The translations under genes and the position numbers were made by a program. From assembly GCF_006345805.1 (NCBI RefSeq), contig NC_043002.1, positions 37,262,001 through 37,326,000 on the forward strand: a DNA stretch of 64,000 nt. The letters run 5' to 3'. The notes under the pieces were generated by a model, which did no database searches, was not told the DNA's origin, and saw only the letters and a program-made list of their open reading frames with translations. Shown in pieces: positions 13,114 to 26,180 of the stretch (positions within the stretch are counted from its first letter, which is position 1; every line of letters starts with the position of its first letter). The stretch comes from Octopus sinensis (Eukaryota).

Positions 13114-13270
13114 CGTCAGAGTTATCTGAAGATTTTTTGGACTTGGCACTCAAACTTTAACTTGAAACATATTTCTAGCTCCACTCTTCCACCACTCCAG
13201 ACTGTTAAGCCAGTCCATGATGGCCATATTATTGAAATCTATTTTGAGTGGCAGCAAAAGTTAAGAAAAG
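13114..13270 (+). other. Candidate coding exon (157 nt), product unknown
   Basis: Pyrimidine tract CTTTTGCTTTCTTTTAAAAG then one open frame RQSYLKIFWTWHSNFNLKHISSSTLPPLQTVKPVHDGHIIEIYFEWQQKLRK, then AAG|GTAAAA; no homology recognised. Confidence 0.25.
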
Positions 13271-13669
13271 GTAAAAAAAAAAAAAGAAGGAAATTATTGT
13301 AATGGTAAAACATAGCAACTAAATGTGTTTTATCACATATTACATAAGAAATGGTTTGGCATTATTTCAAGGCATTGTTTCTGAAGCAGACATTTACTTG
13401 AGTATATATAGGTACAATAGTAGCATGCAGTGCAAATACAGAAACTGTAGTTTGGTGGTTAAAGTATGGACTTTTGGTTAGTTAGCTTTCAGTCATAGAT
13501 TCAAGCTTTGATCCAGTCCATTATTATTTTGACAATATAAACTGACTCGACACACTAATGATTTGATTCCTAGCAGCTCATTTTGTAGAAGCCCTCAAGA
13601 TTATTTATCATGTTTCCAACAACAACTTAGGCCATCTTTTGAGAATTTAATATATCTACTTCTTTTAGG

Positions 13670-13838
13670 CAATGACCTGGCAGAAATGTTAGTGGTATTT
13701 TGTTTGTCTTTACATTCTGTGTTCAAATTCTGCCCAGGTCGACTTTTCCTTTCATTGTTTCTGGGTCGATAAATTAAGTATCCGTTGCGTACTGAGGTTG
13801 ATCTAATTTAGGGCCTTGTGCCTAGAGTAGAAAAGAAT
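13670..13838 (+). mobile_element. SINE family A with internal deletions
   Basis: CTGGCAGAAATGTTAG...GTTCAAATTC...GTCGACTTT...GTCGATAAATTAAGTA...GCCTTGTGCCTAGAGTAGAAAAG. Confidence 0.8.
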
Positions 13839-13895
13839 TTTTCTACTTTTTTAAGATATGTTCATAAAATAAAATAAAAAAAACTGTATAAAAAC

Positions 13896-14110
13896 TGATG
13901 ATACATCAAAGAGGCCAGGGAACAGAAGAAAGAAGACATGCACCCAACACCAGAGCTGAAGACACCTCCGAAGTGGTGGGGGCGCCACGTCAAAACGGTA
14001 GAGGAGTAGGGGCCGAAACCAGACGTGGTTCTTCCTGATGATGTCTTGAGCTAACTGGATCTTATAAAGGCACTGTTGTGGTAGCAGACCACGAAACACG
14101 GTTGTAATTC
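13896..14110 (+). repeat. Dispersed ~215-bp element, copy 1 of 2
   Basis: Closely similar to 35150-35382; similarity of both copies ends at GAAACACGGTTGTAATTCC. Confidence 0.85.
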
Positions 14111-14169
14111 CATGACTTTTAGAAGCATTTTATTGTCACCAGAATTGACAATGCATAGAATAAACTACT

Positions 14170-14260
14170 CATGACAGTTATTAGCTGCCACAGAACACTG
14201 CATCCTTCAAAAATTCCATGCTTGCTGAAATTCGTCAAACTACATCTCACATGCCTATGC
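14170..14260 (+). mobile_element. Degenerate CR1 3' fragment
   Basis: CACTGCATCCTTCAAAAATTCCATGCTTGCTGAAATTC resembles 5158-5196. Confidence 0.6.
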
Positions 14261-15897
14261 ATACTTCCCTCTTTAAGGCTCTTTTACTTTTCACATTTCT
14301 GTCTCCTTTGCATTCTACTCTGCATGCTATTCACGGCTAATTTTGCACAGTGGTTCATAATCTATATTTTCTTATATTTCTGCATTCAGTATGTACTTCC
14401 TTTTAGAGATTTGCATGGATTAATGTCCCCTATTTTAAATTGTTATGGATATTACTGCAGAACATGAGATCTCAGAATGAAATTGTATCAGATCTTGGCT
14501 TGTCATAAGTCATGTTTCATCTCACTGGTAAAACAACTCATATTCAAATTACCTCATAGAATCTTTTTTATAAATGTATTTAAAAGGTGAGTTTTGTTCC
14601 TGTCTTAAATATTTCATTTCTAAAAAAAATCACGACATCTCTAAATACCAAGAGCTCTATTTAGGACCCAGCCCATTGACATTTGATGAGGAATTAAAAA
14701 AAATATTTAAAGGGTATCTCTTCTACCTGGCATAAATATTTTATTTTTAAGAAATATCACAACCGCTTAAAACACCTGATGCCCTCCTTAGTACTCTCTT
14801 GACATTTTGTGAATCCTTGTTACCTTTGTGAGCTCTAAAGGCCTCACCCCACTCCCCAGGAATTGGAACTTTATTGTGCAAAAAAATTCTTATTGGTAAT
14901 CTTATGGCTCAATGGTTGTGATTTATAAAAGACTGCAGATAAAACCATTCGAGCAACAACTAATTCAGTCCTTACTACTCAAGTACTGAGGACAAAATTG
15001 TCCTTAGAGACAAAACATTTCTAATCCTGAAATGCCTGCTGATGATACAGAAAGGTTTTTGACATTGTGATGGCTATAGAGCTTACAAAATTGTTGAGTA
15101 GCTTCTGCTATTTCTGCATGAGACCAAATAACTCTGAATGCTGCTTCACCTGGAATAATGCTTACTTTAGCAATGTTTTTTGATGCTCATAAAATTATAT
15201 GGGAGATGATTCAGACCTGTCCAATTAATGTCAGAATTCAAATTACATTTCTCAAAGTTCCAGGTCAAACTGCCATTTTAATTGTGTGGAATTTTTTCTG
15301 TCTGTCAGTCTGTCTGTTTCTCTGGTAAAGAGAATTTGAAGGGAGAAAACTAATCTTAGGATAAAACAAAGTTAATGATAAAAAAAAAATTCTATTGATT
15401 GAGAAAATTATTGCTTTACAATAATCAATCTAGAAAGCATTGTGATGCAATCTAGATTTTAAATGGTTATTATTTCTTCTGATAAGTTAAATCTTATTAA
15501 AGGAGTTGTGTGAGTGTGGCTCTGTGGTTAAGGAATTTGTTTTGCAACTATGTGATTTTGGAGTCAGTCTCACTGCATGGCATCATGGGTAAATATTTTC
15601 TTCATTAATGCTGGGTTCAAAGGCCTTGCACATTAATTTGATAGACGGAAAATGTAGGAAGCTCATCATATATGTACGTATATATGCATGTACATACGTG
15701 TGTGTATGTGTGTGTGTGTGTATGTGTGTGTGTGTGTGCGTGAAGTAAAGGTTGGAAATGGAAGGGCAATTCTGCTTAGAATTCTGCCTTAAATAAAGCA
15801 GAAGTTAAACAATGAATGATGTGTTCACTTGAAAATAATTGTCACTCAGAAATATATATGTATATATATATATATATAGATAGATAGATAGATATAC

Positions 15898-16063
<166 letters not shown>

Positions 16064-16752
16064 AAACATATATATTATATATTTATGTGTTTGTGTGTGT
16101 TTGTGTTGTGTGTGCATGCATTCATACACACTCTCACTCACTCAGGGTCGGTAACAAAATATTCAGTAAGTAGGCCACTTCTGCAATGTATGCCTTTTTT
16201 TTCCAGCCTTACAATGTGCATCTATTCTTCCAACCACCATCCTTTGCTGAAAAATCCAAATGCAAAATTATAATTTACTTGTGCACAAAAAACCCATGGT
16301 ATTATTATCATATTCATCACCGAGTAAATCTGTAAAAATTTCTAAATTGTGATGGTCATAACACCAGAAGACTCTCCTGTTTTCCTTGCATCATTGCATC
16401 TTTGTTTTGAGAGGGACTTCTGTTCTCTTTATTACTGAGATTTTATGCTTTTCAGTTATATAAAAAAAATTGCTAATGTGGCATCTCCAGACTTTAACTC
16501 CCTTGGCAATTTCCTTGTTTTTCTACTGTGTAGCACCAGTACTGCACACACAATGAATTCCATACAGTTTCCAACTTTAAATTCCAATCAGATGATATTG
16601 GTCAACTGAAGGTTATTATACATGACATTTACTATTGGTATTCTGCAGTAGGATCAAACCTACAATCCTATGGTTGCATAGCAAACTTTGTAACCACACA
16701 GCCATGCTCATACCCATTTAAAAAAAAATATTGATGGTCATGATTATATATA

Positions 16753-17155
16753 TGAGGGAGTGCTGAAAAGTTTCTGGTCTTAGGGGTATTGTGAAAGACC
16801 TGTTTGGAGGCCCAATGTTCCAAGTTCTTTTACGGGGCATAGAAAAACAAAGGACCACTGCAATAAGTGTGTGAATCTAAGAGGGGAATATGTTGAATAA
16901 AATCATAATTAACTGATTCTCCTGTGTTTTGTTTTACCCAAAGCCAGGAACTTTTCAGCACCTGTCCATAGGGTATTGCAAAAGTCCTGGTTAAAGGTCC
17001 AACCTCCTGTGTTCTTTTACAGGGCTTAGAAAACAGAAGGACCACTGCAATAAGTGTGTGAATCTGAGAGGAGAATATGTTGAATAAAATCATAATTAAC
17101 AGATCCTCCAATGTTTTCTTTTACCCAAAGCCAGGAACTTTTCAGCACCCACTTG
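16753..17155 (+). mobile_element. mariner-derived MITE with internal tandem duplication
   Basis: TA|TGAGGGAGTGCTGAAAAGTTTCTGG ... CCAGGAACTTTTCAGCACCCACTTG|TA; the ~195-bp internal unit, including the right TIR, occurs twice; encodes mariner C-terminus CNKCVNLRGEYVE*. Confidence 0.85.
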
Positions 17156-18589
17156 TATATCTTAGGAAGAATGAAGAATTATGTACAAGTGGTAATTTGT
17201 TTTACAGTGCTCGGTCTTGAACACATTTTCTATATTATAGTTTCTTTTTCTATGATGAAAGTAATGGACATTCTCAAGAGTTATGGATTAGCCTTAACAC
17301 CAAACTGTTCCTCTTACTATTTTTCTTAGTGCACATTAATCATAGAAAATATCCTATCACTGTTGTATGATTAATGAGTATGCATCTACTAAGTAGTAAT
17401 TCTCAAATTTGAAACACTTTGCGTACTTTGATAGGTAATCAGGTGATCTGATACACTATTGCTATTAATTCAAAGCACTAATATCAGTCAACTTAGTTAT
17501 ATTGGAAAGTACTAAAACTCTCAGCAAAAGCAATAACAACAATTCTTCTTTTTGGACTTATTTCAATAAGAAACCAAATTCTCATAAAAGGTGAAAACTA
17601 AGGAAATAAAACAACTTTTCAATGATACACACTACTTTGAAAATAATGATTGAGGCTGGCACTTTTTTAAGTGGTGTGCAGCCTATGGTATGATACTAAG
17701 TTTGTTAAGTGCCAAAGCATTTATTTACATTAAAAAAATGTAGTAAATTATCTCATAAAGCTCACTATCTGCTTCTCATCAAACTGACTATATATGATAT
17801 CACATGCTTCAATCATTCACTCATCTTATAATCAGTGAGATATCCAATTATCTAATCTTGAGAATAAAACTGTGCTCAGAATATTGACATAGCGCAGAAG
17901 CTGTAAATTTCAATCAAAGACGGTTAAAAAAATGACTGTTGGAATTGAGGCTGGTGTTTGCTTGTATTGTTGGTCATATAATGTTGCAGATGGCTAAACA
18001 TTAACTAGCTTTTTCGCTTTTTAAATGGTTTGCAGGCATTATCTTTTTGAGAGTCTCTGAGACTGATGAGAAGACAACAAAATATCTTCAGATCAGAGAT
18101 CTAGCCTAAATGCTTATAATAGAACAAACTCTACTTAAGGCGACCAAGAGTGTGGTGTTAAACTAGAGGACAGATTAAGCACACCACCCAAGAATATTCT
18201 GTTCTTCTGGCAGGTTTCCACATAGTTTCACTTTACCAATTTTTATTCACAAGGTTTTAGTCAACCTGAAGGAATGATAGAAGACACTCAAGAATCTGCT
18301 TACAGGAACTGAACATAAAATCACATAATTATAAAGTGGACTTCTTAACCATTGAGTGAAGTGTATGATCTAAGAATCGATGATACATATCTGATTACTG
18401 GGGATAACTAATTTTCAATAGTATAACTGACTAAGGCGTAAATAAGCACTTTGCTTAGACACATCCATCACATTAGATATTGCATCAATATAGCAGTGGT
18501 TAATTACTGTTGATGTTTAGCCTCAAGTCAGCATTGAAGGAACAGATTTACAACAGCAGGCACTTCCTATCATCATCCTTTTGTCTTTT

Positions 18590-18875
18590 TAAAGCCTGGT
18601 ACTTATTCTGTCAGTCCCTTTTGCCAAACCATTATGTTATGGAAATGTAAACACACCAACACCAGTTGTCATGTGGTGTGGGACAAACAAAAACACAAAG
18701 ACACTCACAGACTTTTTTCAGTTTCTGTCAATCAAATCCACCCAGAAGGCTTTGTCTGGCCCAAGGCTATAGTAGAAAAACACTTGTCCAAGGTACTACA
18801 CAGTGGGACTGAACCTGGAACCATGTAGTTGGGGAGCAAACGTCTTGACACACAGTCATGTCACACCTGTCTTTC
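18590..18875 (-). mobile_element. SINE family B
   Basis: GCCTGGTACTTATTC...CACTTGTCCAAGGT...GGGACTGAACC. Confidence 0.8.
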
Positions 18876-19157
18876 TTTCTTTCATTTGATTGTTAATTCT
18901 AGCAGATTCAGTGTCAATGGAGATTTCACCACTTTGATTTACTGTTTCATTGATATTCAGTGTTTGGGGGTCAAAGTTTCAAATGAGAAAAGGCTTATGA
19001 TAGCTGCAATCAAGTGTGAGTGGGAGATAACTTGCAAACTCTTAACAGCATTACAGCTGAAATAGACTTTGGCACACCTTAAAAAGGTTAAATGGTAAAG
19101 ACATTCCACTATTTTTACCTGATCAATAAACCTCATTGTTCATTGAATGCACAGAAT

Positions 19158-19190
<33 letters not shown>

Positions 19191-19204
19191 CATACATATA
19201 TATA

Positions 19205-19372
19205 TATATGACAGACTCCCTCACAATTTTCGTCTATTAAATTCACTCACAAGGCACTGGTTGATCAAGGGTTATCAATAGAAGATACTTGTCCAAGATG
19301 TTGTGTGGTGCGACCGAACCGAAAATTATGTGGTTGCGCAGCAATATTCTTAACCGCACAGCCATACCTGCA
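19205..19372 (-). mobile_element. SINE family B, 5' half, diverged
   Basis: CACTCACAAGGC...GAAGATACTTGTCCAAG...TTAACCGCACAGCCA. Confidence 0.7.
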
Positions 19373-20024
19373 TCTTACAAAGGGGGTATTTTTAGCTATT
19401 TTTTCTTTTCTTTTGTTTTTCCCCCATTTTTTTTTATTTTCTTTTAGAAATTTCTTTAATATAACTGCAAACGCAAGGACAGCAAAGATCAAAAAGGTAA
19501 CGTAAAAGGAAAATTAAGTTTTGTCCTTTCTCTGAAATCGCTAATTTTGTCATGAAATAAAAAAAAAAAGAAAAGAAAAAAGAAGCACCCTTCCCCCCAA
19601 AAAACCAAAAACAAAACAAAACTAACTCACTATTACCTGTGTAACAGCACAAGCCTATCCTCCCATCAGTTTTGTTGAAGAAATATTGAAGACTTGAAGT
19701 AGATTTACTTAAATTCAATTGTCAAGTATGATTTGTTAGAATACAAGAAAATATGACAGATAAATTCATCCCAACAACTCATTGCTCTCTATAATCTTAA
19801 CATAACATGCCACAGTTTACAAGACATTGAGATGTTTAAAAATAATGAAGACACATTTTTGGTTAGATTCTTAGTGGAAATATCACAAATAAATAACAGT
19901 TCTGTTATGTTCTTTGTGCTAACTCAAACTAATTTTTAATTTATGAATAACACTATGAATCCAATAATAGCTTGTGGTAAATATTGGCCAAAATTTCTAT
20001 TTCAATCCTTTTCTCTCCTGATTT

Positions 20025-20330
20025 TAGCAACATATGACAAATGAATGCCTATTTGTAGACCTGCTGAAAGTTAGCGAGAAGATCAGGCAAAGACAGCTGA
20101 GACTATCTGGTCACTGCGTACAATTCCCTGAAGTGGAAACACCCAAATTAGTCTTGTGGAACCCACTTCATGGTGATGTAAGAAGAAGAAAACATCGTCA
20201 CGCTTACATTGACAACTTGGTTGCAGACACTGCCCTGGAATGTATCTAGGACCTTCAGGTAGTGCTGTTGGACAAAGAAGTGTGGTGGGTGGACTTTGTT
20301 GTTGCAGCCCGAGTTGGAAGCTGACCATAA
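20025..20330 (+). mobile_element. RTE-type LINE 3' fragment
   Basis: ORF 20034-20249: KVSEKIRQRQLRLSGHCV..PE....KLVLWNPLHG..RR....YIDNL.ADT. Confidence 0.8.
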
Positions 20331-20504
20331 AAAAAATAGCCATTTTTTGTTTGCATGTATGTGCATGGTCATGTGCATGCGTGCATATGAGTTTGCAAGG
20401 TGAACTGACAAATAGGCAGCCCTCATGTCTGTTTGCATACCATTATTTGAAATCTGAGTATATCACAGCCTTCACCATGCATATAGTGGTCATTCTACAA
20501 TCGA

Positions 20505-20929
20505 ATACTTAGCAGCAAGGCTGGCTTCTTCCAGGCATGTGTAGATAGCATTCATTTTATGGCACTAAAAGCTGAACTATGGAAAAGGATCACCAAGATG
20601 AGCTTTCCTTGAATGCTCAAAATATCACATGGCATGAGCACACGATCAATATAGAAATTTATAAACACATTTCACCCCATCTCAACTATTTGTGCTCAAT
20701 TCACAGTCAACTTTATTGGCTACTGTCATCATGTTGAACAACAGGCCATATCAAATGTTATATGTGTAAGTCGTCAGCATCCTAGTAGAGGATGAAGACC
20801 ACTAAACTACATTGATGTTATTCACAGAGACACACAAGAAGAAATTAAGGATCTACCAAAGTTAATGTGGTTCAGAGGTTTTTCAAACTCGAGGTAAATT
20901 GCATCTCATTTGTGGTTACTTGAAGAAGA
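20505..20929 (+). mobile_element. Second RTE-type LINE 3' fragment, different subfamily
   Basis: Frameshifted KAGFFQACVDSI..YG...AQNITWHEH...FIGYCH...SRG*RPLNYIDVIHRDT...DLPKLM; ends GAAGAAGAA. Confidence 0.65.
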
Positions 20930-20937
20930 ATTTAACT

Positions 20938-21205
20938 GAGTGGTTCCCAAAGTAGGTGGTACTGTCCACCCCCTTGAGGTGGTGGAAAGATCTAGGGGAG
21001 GCACTGAAGAAAAGTGGGGTGATAATGGAATGGCCAAAAGGGGACAACAGATTTAAAATCAACAAAAAATGGGTTAATTAGATTAAGTTTTTTTATTTGT
21101 GAAATACAGTTGTTTTGAATTGTGTGTGTGTCGGGGTTGGGGGTGCCTAGAAATGTGGCCTAGGTGCTAAGGGGGAAGCAGCCTGAATAAGTCTAGGAAC
21201 CATTG
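20938..21205. mobile_element. hAT (Charlie-like) MITE
   Basis: Imperfect TIRs GAGTGGTTCCCAAA / TCTAGGAACCATTG; perfect 8-bp TSD ATTTAACT (20930-20937, 21206-21213). Confidence 0.85.
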
Positions 21206-22879
21206 ATTTAACTGAATGTTTTGCTTTCAACATGGGGTTAGTTCATTCATCTTTTGTAGAGGTCAGAAGCAGGTGAAGAATTTGTTTTTACTTCAAATGT
21301 CTAAAAACCAGTAAATAATTAACTCAGTTAATAATAAGACAGTTGCAAAGGTGCCATGAAGTAGGACTGAACCTGAAACCATGTGGGTTGGGAAGTGAAC
21401 TTCTTAATCACACAACCATACCTACACTTATAGATCTTTGGCATGGTTGTTTTGTCTTTCTATTTAGGGAATCCGATGCATATGATCAATGACATAATTC
21501 TTTACAGAAATAGATTTCAGCTCAGCAGCAGACATTCTAGAACAATCCTCTAAAGCTGCTTTTCTGTCAATAATCATGGGAATTTAGATATAGCAAAATT
21601 AATTCAGACTTCTTCATTATTCAGTCAAACCAGCCTTTTTCAACAGATAAACTTGTCTGGGAACCTGTATTCTAGACTAGTTCAAAGTCTCTGTAAGACA
21701 TATTTTTGTCATAAACACTTTCTCATTCTTCTTCATCTTTCCAAAGAATTCACTCAATAAACTTACTTTTATGCTTCTCATCATTCATACTCTGTTTGTT
21801 TTTTCTGGTTTTTTTTCTATATTTTTAAACACTGTGCTATACATATCCCAACTTTTGAGCAGGCAGAGTATATATATCCTTGTCATAAGGTCATTAAGAG
21901 TGAGTGGCAACAGGGAAAAATTGCATCAGGAAACTCATTCAATCAATGCCAGCATGGAAAGAGAGACATATGATGATGATGATGATGATGAGGAGGAGGA
22001 GGATGAATGTGACAATGACAATGATGATATCTGAAGTCCATATTGGGCATTACCTGAAAGATCTTCATTTCAAGATTTAGCCTCTGACAGAACTCCCTCC
22101 CATTCCATATGCTCTTGTGTTATACTAAGTTCTGAAAACACAAACCCTCTCATTCCTTCTTGCTTCCCTTTCTGATTGAAGAAATCCCCATGGATTATTT
22201 ACAGATACTGTCTTCATCGGATAATATGATAAAAAATAATATATATTTATATACAAACTCACAAGCCATCAGCTGTAGCAATTATTCAATAACTAATTAG
22301 AATTACAGAGTAAAAGATTCATATTTCTTTGGAATTCTTTAATGTGTAAATGAAATCATTAAGTAAATACTTTTAATGAACATTTCCAGTGTATTGATAT
22401 CCCCCACTACCCTGAAGGAACTTTCTGTAATAATCACATACATAAAGATGTTAGACTAGATAATTAGATGCAGTAACATAGACAAAAGAGAAACAAAAAA
22501 AAAAATAGAAAAGACAAACAAAAAAAAAAAAGAACACTGCAAAGTTGATTCTATCTAGCCGCACAGTTATTTAGTATCTAATTAAGTCTGATTTGTTAAT
22601 GTCAAGCTGAAAATAGGACATTGATTGTTTCGGATAAAAATACATCTTCAGCTCACTGGTAAAGCATTTGATTTGTCACTCTGGTTTCACATTATTGTAA
22701 CCGTTAAATCGAAAATTAATGCAAATATAGATAGATATCACCAGCTTCCTCCTCCTCCTCTTCATTAACATCATTATCAACATTTCAGGTAGTGTTTATA
22801 TTTCCATGTTTTCATGGATTAAATCAAGTTTTCTTCACAATATGTGTTCGCCATGCCATGTGCATGTGGGTTTGGTGAC

Positions 22880-23265
22880 GTCATTAATATCACCATTCTC
22901 ATCATTGCCATCGCCATTACCTGCATCATCATCATCATTGCCATCATCACCATCATCACCACTACTACTACTACAACCAACAACAACAACACCACCACCA
23001 TCACCACTGCCACCACCACCACCACCACTATCACAACAACCACCTCCATCAATATCACCATCATTCTCATCATCACAATCACCATCGTCATCGTCATCAT
23101 CATCAGCGTCGCCATCGTCATCATCATCATCCTCATCAACATCATCATCATCATCATTGTCATGGTCGTTATCATCATCATCGCTCTTGTTGTCGTCGTC
23201 ATCATCATCATCATCACCATCATTGTCATGGCCATTATCATCATCGTTGTTATTGTTTTCATCAT
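22880..23265. repeat. Compound (CAT/CAC/CAA)n trinucleotide low-complexity tract
   Basis: Direct reading; source of the poly-S/M/D/I ORFs. Confidence 0.9.
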
Positions 23266-23414
23266 TTCTTGTATTTATACTTCCATGTTTGCATGAATCA
23301 AAATACATATTTTCCACACCATAAGTATTCACATACCATGGGTGTGTGCATGTGGTAGTAACATGCATTTTTGAACATTTGTAGGCAGCAGGAAGATTTT
23401 TGAAATATGTAGAA

Positions 23415-23585
23415 GAGCAGGCATGGGTGTGTACTTAAGAAGTTTGTTTCCTAACCATGTGGTTTTGGGTTCAGTCCTACTGCATGGCACCTTGTGCAGG
23501 CAAGTGTCTTCTACTTTGACATTGGGCTGACCAAAGCCTTGTGAGTGAATTTGTTTGATGGAAACTGAAGTAAGGCCATTGTATG
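23415..23585 (+). mobile_element. SINE family B, 5' half
   Basis: GCAGGCATGG...GGTTCAGTCCTACTGCATGGCACCTTG...GGAAACTGAA. Confidence 0.8.
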
Positions 23586-23803
23586 TATATATATATATAG
23601 GGAGAGTTTACGAAAGAAAATAACAAAAGATGAAGACAGGTGGTGTAAAAAACAAACAGATGTATTAGTGTAACGCTCAGGAATAGAAAAAGTCTTTTAC
23701 GTTTCAAGCCTACGCTCTTAAACAGAAAGGGACACAGAAAACAAGGAGAGAAAAAAAAATGTGTGTAGTGGCAAACGAACTATGTGCATGTGTGTGTGTG
23801 AGC

Positions 23804-23842
<39 letters not shown>

Positions 23843-23847
<5 letters not shown>

Positions 23848-24192
23848 ATAAATATTAGGGAATAAATCCAAATTTACAGGGAAAAAATCAGATTTAGGAT
23901 TAAATCCAATTTTATAGTAAAATATTATAAAATATTATTAGAGACAAAACCACTATTTTGCAAAACAAACAAGGAAAGACCACTATTTTGCAAAACAAAC
24001 AAGGAAAGACCACTATTTTGCAAAACAAAAACTTCATAATTTGAAACTGACTTATTGGAAGTCCACCTGAAGATTGTCGATCAAGACAAGAAACAATTGT
24101 AGTGGCAGTTTTTTTGACTATTTATTAAAATTTTATGTATTGATTAAGTCTTTCCTTGTTTGTTTTGCAAAATAGTGGTTTTGTCTCTAATA

Positions 24193-24200
<8 letters not shown>
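23843..24200 (+). mobile_element. Penelope-like non-autonomous mini-element with inverted terminal segment and hammerhead
   Basis: 53-bp inverted repeat 23928-23980 / 24148-24200; 30-bp unit repeated 2.6 times at 23951-24029; hammerhead at 24063; (TA)n on both sides. Confidence 0.7.
24063..24105 (+). ncRNA. Minimal type I hammerhead ribozyme
   Basis: CCAC-CTGAAGA-TTGTC(GATCAA)GACAA-GAAA-CAATTG-TA-GTGG: stem I CCAC/GTGG, intact core, 5-bp stem II, palindromic stem III, GUA cleavage triplet. Confidence 0.85.
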
Positions 24201-24265
<65 letters not shown>

Positions 24266-24444
24266 ATATATGTGTGTGTGTGTGAGTGTATATATATATA
24301 TATATATATAAATACAGTGTATATTTAAACACATAAGAGATGGCCATAACAGGACATCTGACCTGCTAGAAGTGGAAGTGAAAGTGCTGCAGCTGCAGCT
24401 GGTGATGGTGGTATAATCCTTAACCAGTATCAAGTGGAGAGTAA

Positions 24445-24865
24445 TACTGATTTCAAATTTTGATGCAAGGCCAGCAATTTCTGGGGAGCAGGTATGTTGA
24501 TTACAGTGACTCTTGTGTTCAACTGATACTTGTTTTATCTACCCCAGAAGAATGAAAGGCAGGGTTGACCCAAGTGGAATTTGAACCCAGAGTATAAAGA
24601 CAGATGAAATACCACAACGCATTTTGTTCAGTATGCAAACAATTCTACCAGGTTGGTGCATTAGCACAGTATAATATTGGTTTCAGATTTGGACATAAGG
24701 CCAGTAAGTTCGGGGTTAAGTCAACTGGTACTTATTTTATGGACTCTAGAAAGATGAAAGGCAAAGTCAACCTTGGTGGCATTCGAACTCAGAGCATAAA
24801 AATGGAAGAAATGCTATTAAGCATTTTACCTGGAGTGCCAATGATTCTGTCTGCTTGCCACCTTA
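24445..24865 (-). mobile_element. Two adjacent SINE family A copies
   Basis: ATGAAAGGC...GAATTTGAAC / ATTCGAACTC motifs at about 24552 and 24754. Confidence 0.8.
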
Positions 24866-26004
24866 GTGCAGTGTAATATCACTAAGAAGAGTGAATAAGT
24901 ACTTTCTGTTTCTGTTCCTAAGTTGTTAGTATGTTTTATGCATAACATTGAAGGCTATACTGGAGCATGGATTGTGTGTGTGTATAGGAGCTGATATATT
25001 ATCAATGGAATACAAATAAATCTTGATGGGAAAAGAACCTCACTATTTGAGACTGCATATGGACAGCATATTTCCCTAGATAGGTGAATTAAAATAATGA
25101 TGTCATGTCTAAATCTCAGCTGAATATTTTCTTTGTCTGTTTTCTATCACAGGCCATATTGAATATTCCAGATGTTTAACCAACCTCTCCCACACATGCA
25201 TACAACCACAACAGCCTTGTAAAGAAGAACTTTATTTCCAAAGCAACTAGTTCTTTCAACGTCCATTAAACTTCAACTTTAGCTATTATAACAATCTTTT
25301 TTAAAAATTGCTCCCAATTTCCTCTGTTTATTTGAGGAAGTGAATGACATGATAATAATATCCAGACATTTAGCTACAATGGTTTAGAGATTGATGCCCT
25401 TCCTGTCATAGATTATATTAATACAGGATCTGGAATATCTTCCATACTATTTACTGAATATTCATGCTTCCAGAGTGTCTGTGTTTTCCATGAGTCATTT
25501 TCATTAACAAGCTGTATCTAGTCAGAACTAATCTTAACTAATATTTATTTTGCACTAAGATGCCTGACATAGTGGATAGAGTGTTCAGTTTATGACCATA
25601 GTCTTATAGGTTCAATTTCAGGACTGGGTAGCATGTTGTGACCTTGAGCAAGACACTTTATTTCATGTTGCTCCATTGTACTCAATTGAAAATTAGTAAT
25701 AGCAAAGTTCTATTTCAGCTATCGTTCTCTCTCTTTCTCACTTTTTTTACACAATTCTATCCGTCTATCTATCTATCTACCTATGTTTCTTGCTATTTCT
25801 CTCTCATTCTAGCTATCACACCCAAGATGCGCTTCTGGATGAAAGGATGGAAGAGTGTATAGGATGTCAACATCTGCTGGTGATTACAGAGGCACATATT
25901 ACCAAGTCATACTCATTCATGGATGAAGAGTGGCTTTTACTATGATTAGTAATTCTACAAATGGACTCAATGATAATTCACAAAATTGTTGGCTGTGATA
26001 GTTC

Positions 26005-26180
26005 AATACTGATTTCACATTTTGGCACAAGGCCAGCATCCAACTTATACTTACTGACTCTAAAAGAATGAAAGGCAAAGTTGACCTCAGCAGAATTTGA
26101 ACTCAGAATGTAAAGACAGATGAAATGCTGCTAAGCATTTTGCCTGGCATGCTAATGATTCTGTCAACTCACTGCCTTAG
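26005..26180 (-). mobile_element. SINE family A
   Basis: GAATGAAAGGCAAAGTTGACCTCAGCAGAATTTGAACTCAG. Confidence 0.8.

Noticed and set aside
16142-16560. Possible mariner remnant on the minus strand with a CAGGGTCGGTAACAAAA terminus
   Set aside because: Second TIR not found and the motifs are too decayed to support a call
21440-21750. Protein-like minus-strand text (IPMIIDRKAALEDC...), possibly a decayed LINE ORF1
   Set aside because: Many stops and no motif I can assign with confidence
22050-22135. 78-nt minus-strand segment with good AG and GT signals
   Set aside because: Stop codons in all three frames
22806-23368. Four overlapping ORFs of 148-177 aa (poly-S/M/D/I)
   Set aside because: Trinucleotide low-complexity tract open in many frames on both strands
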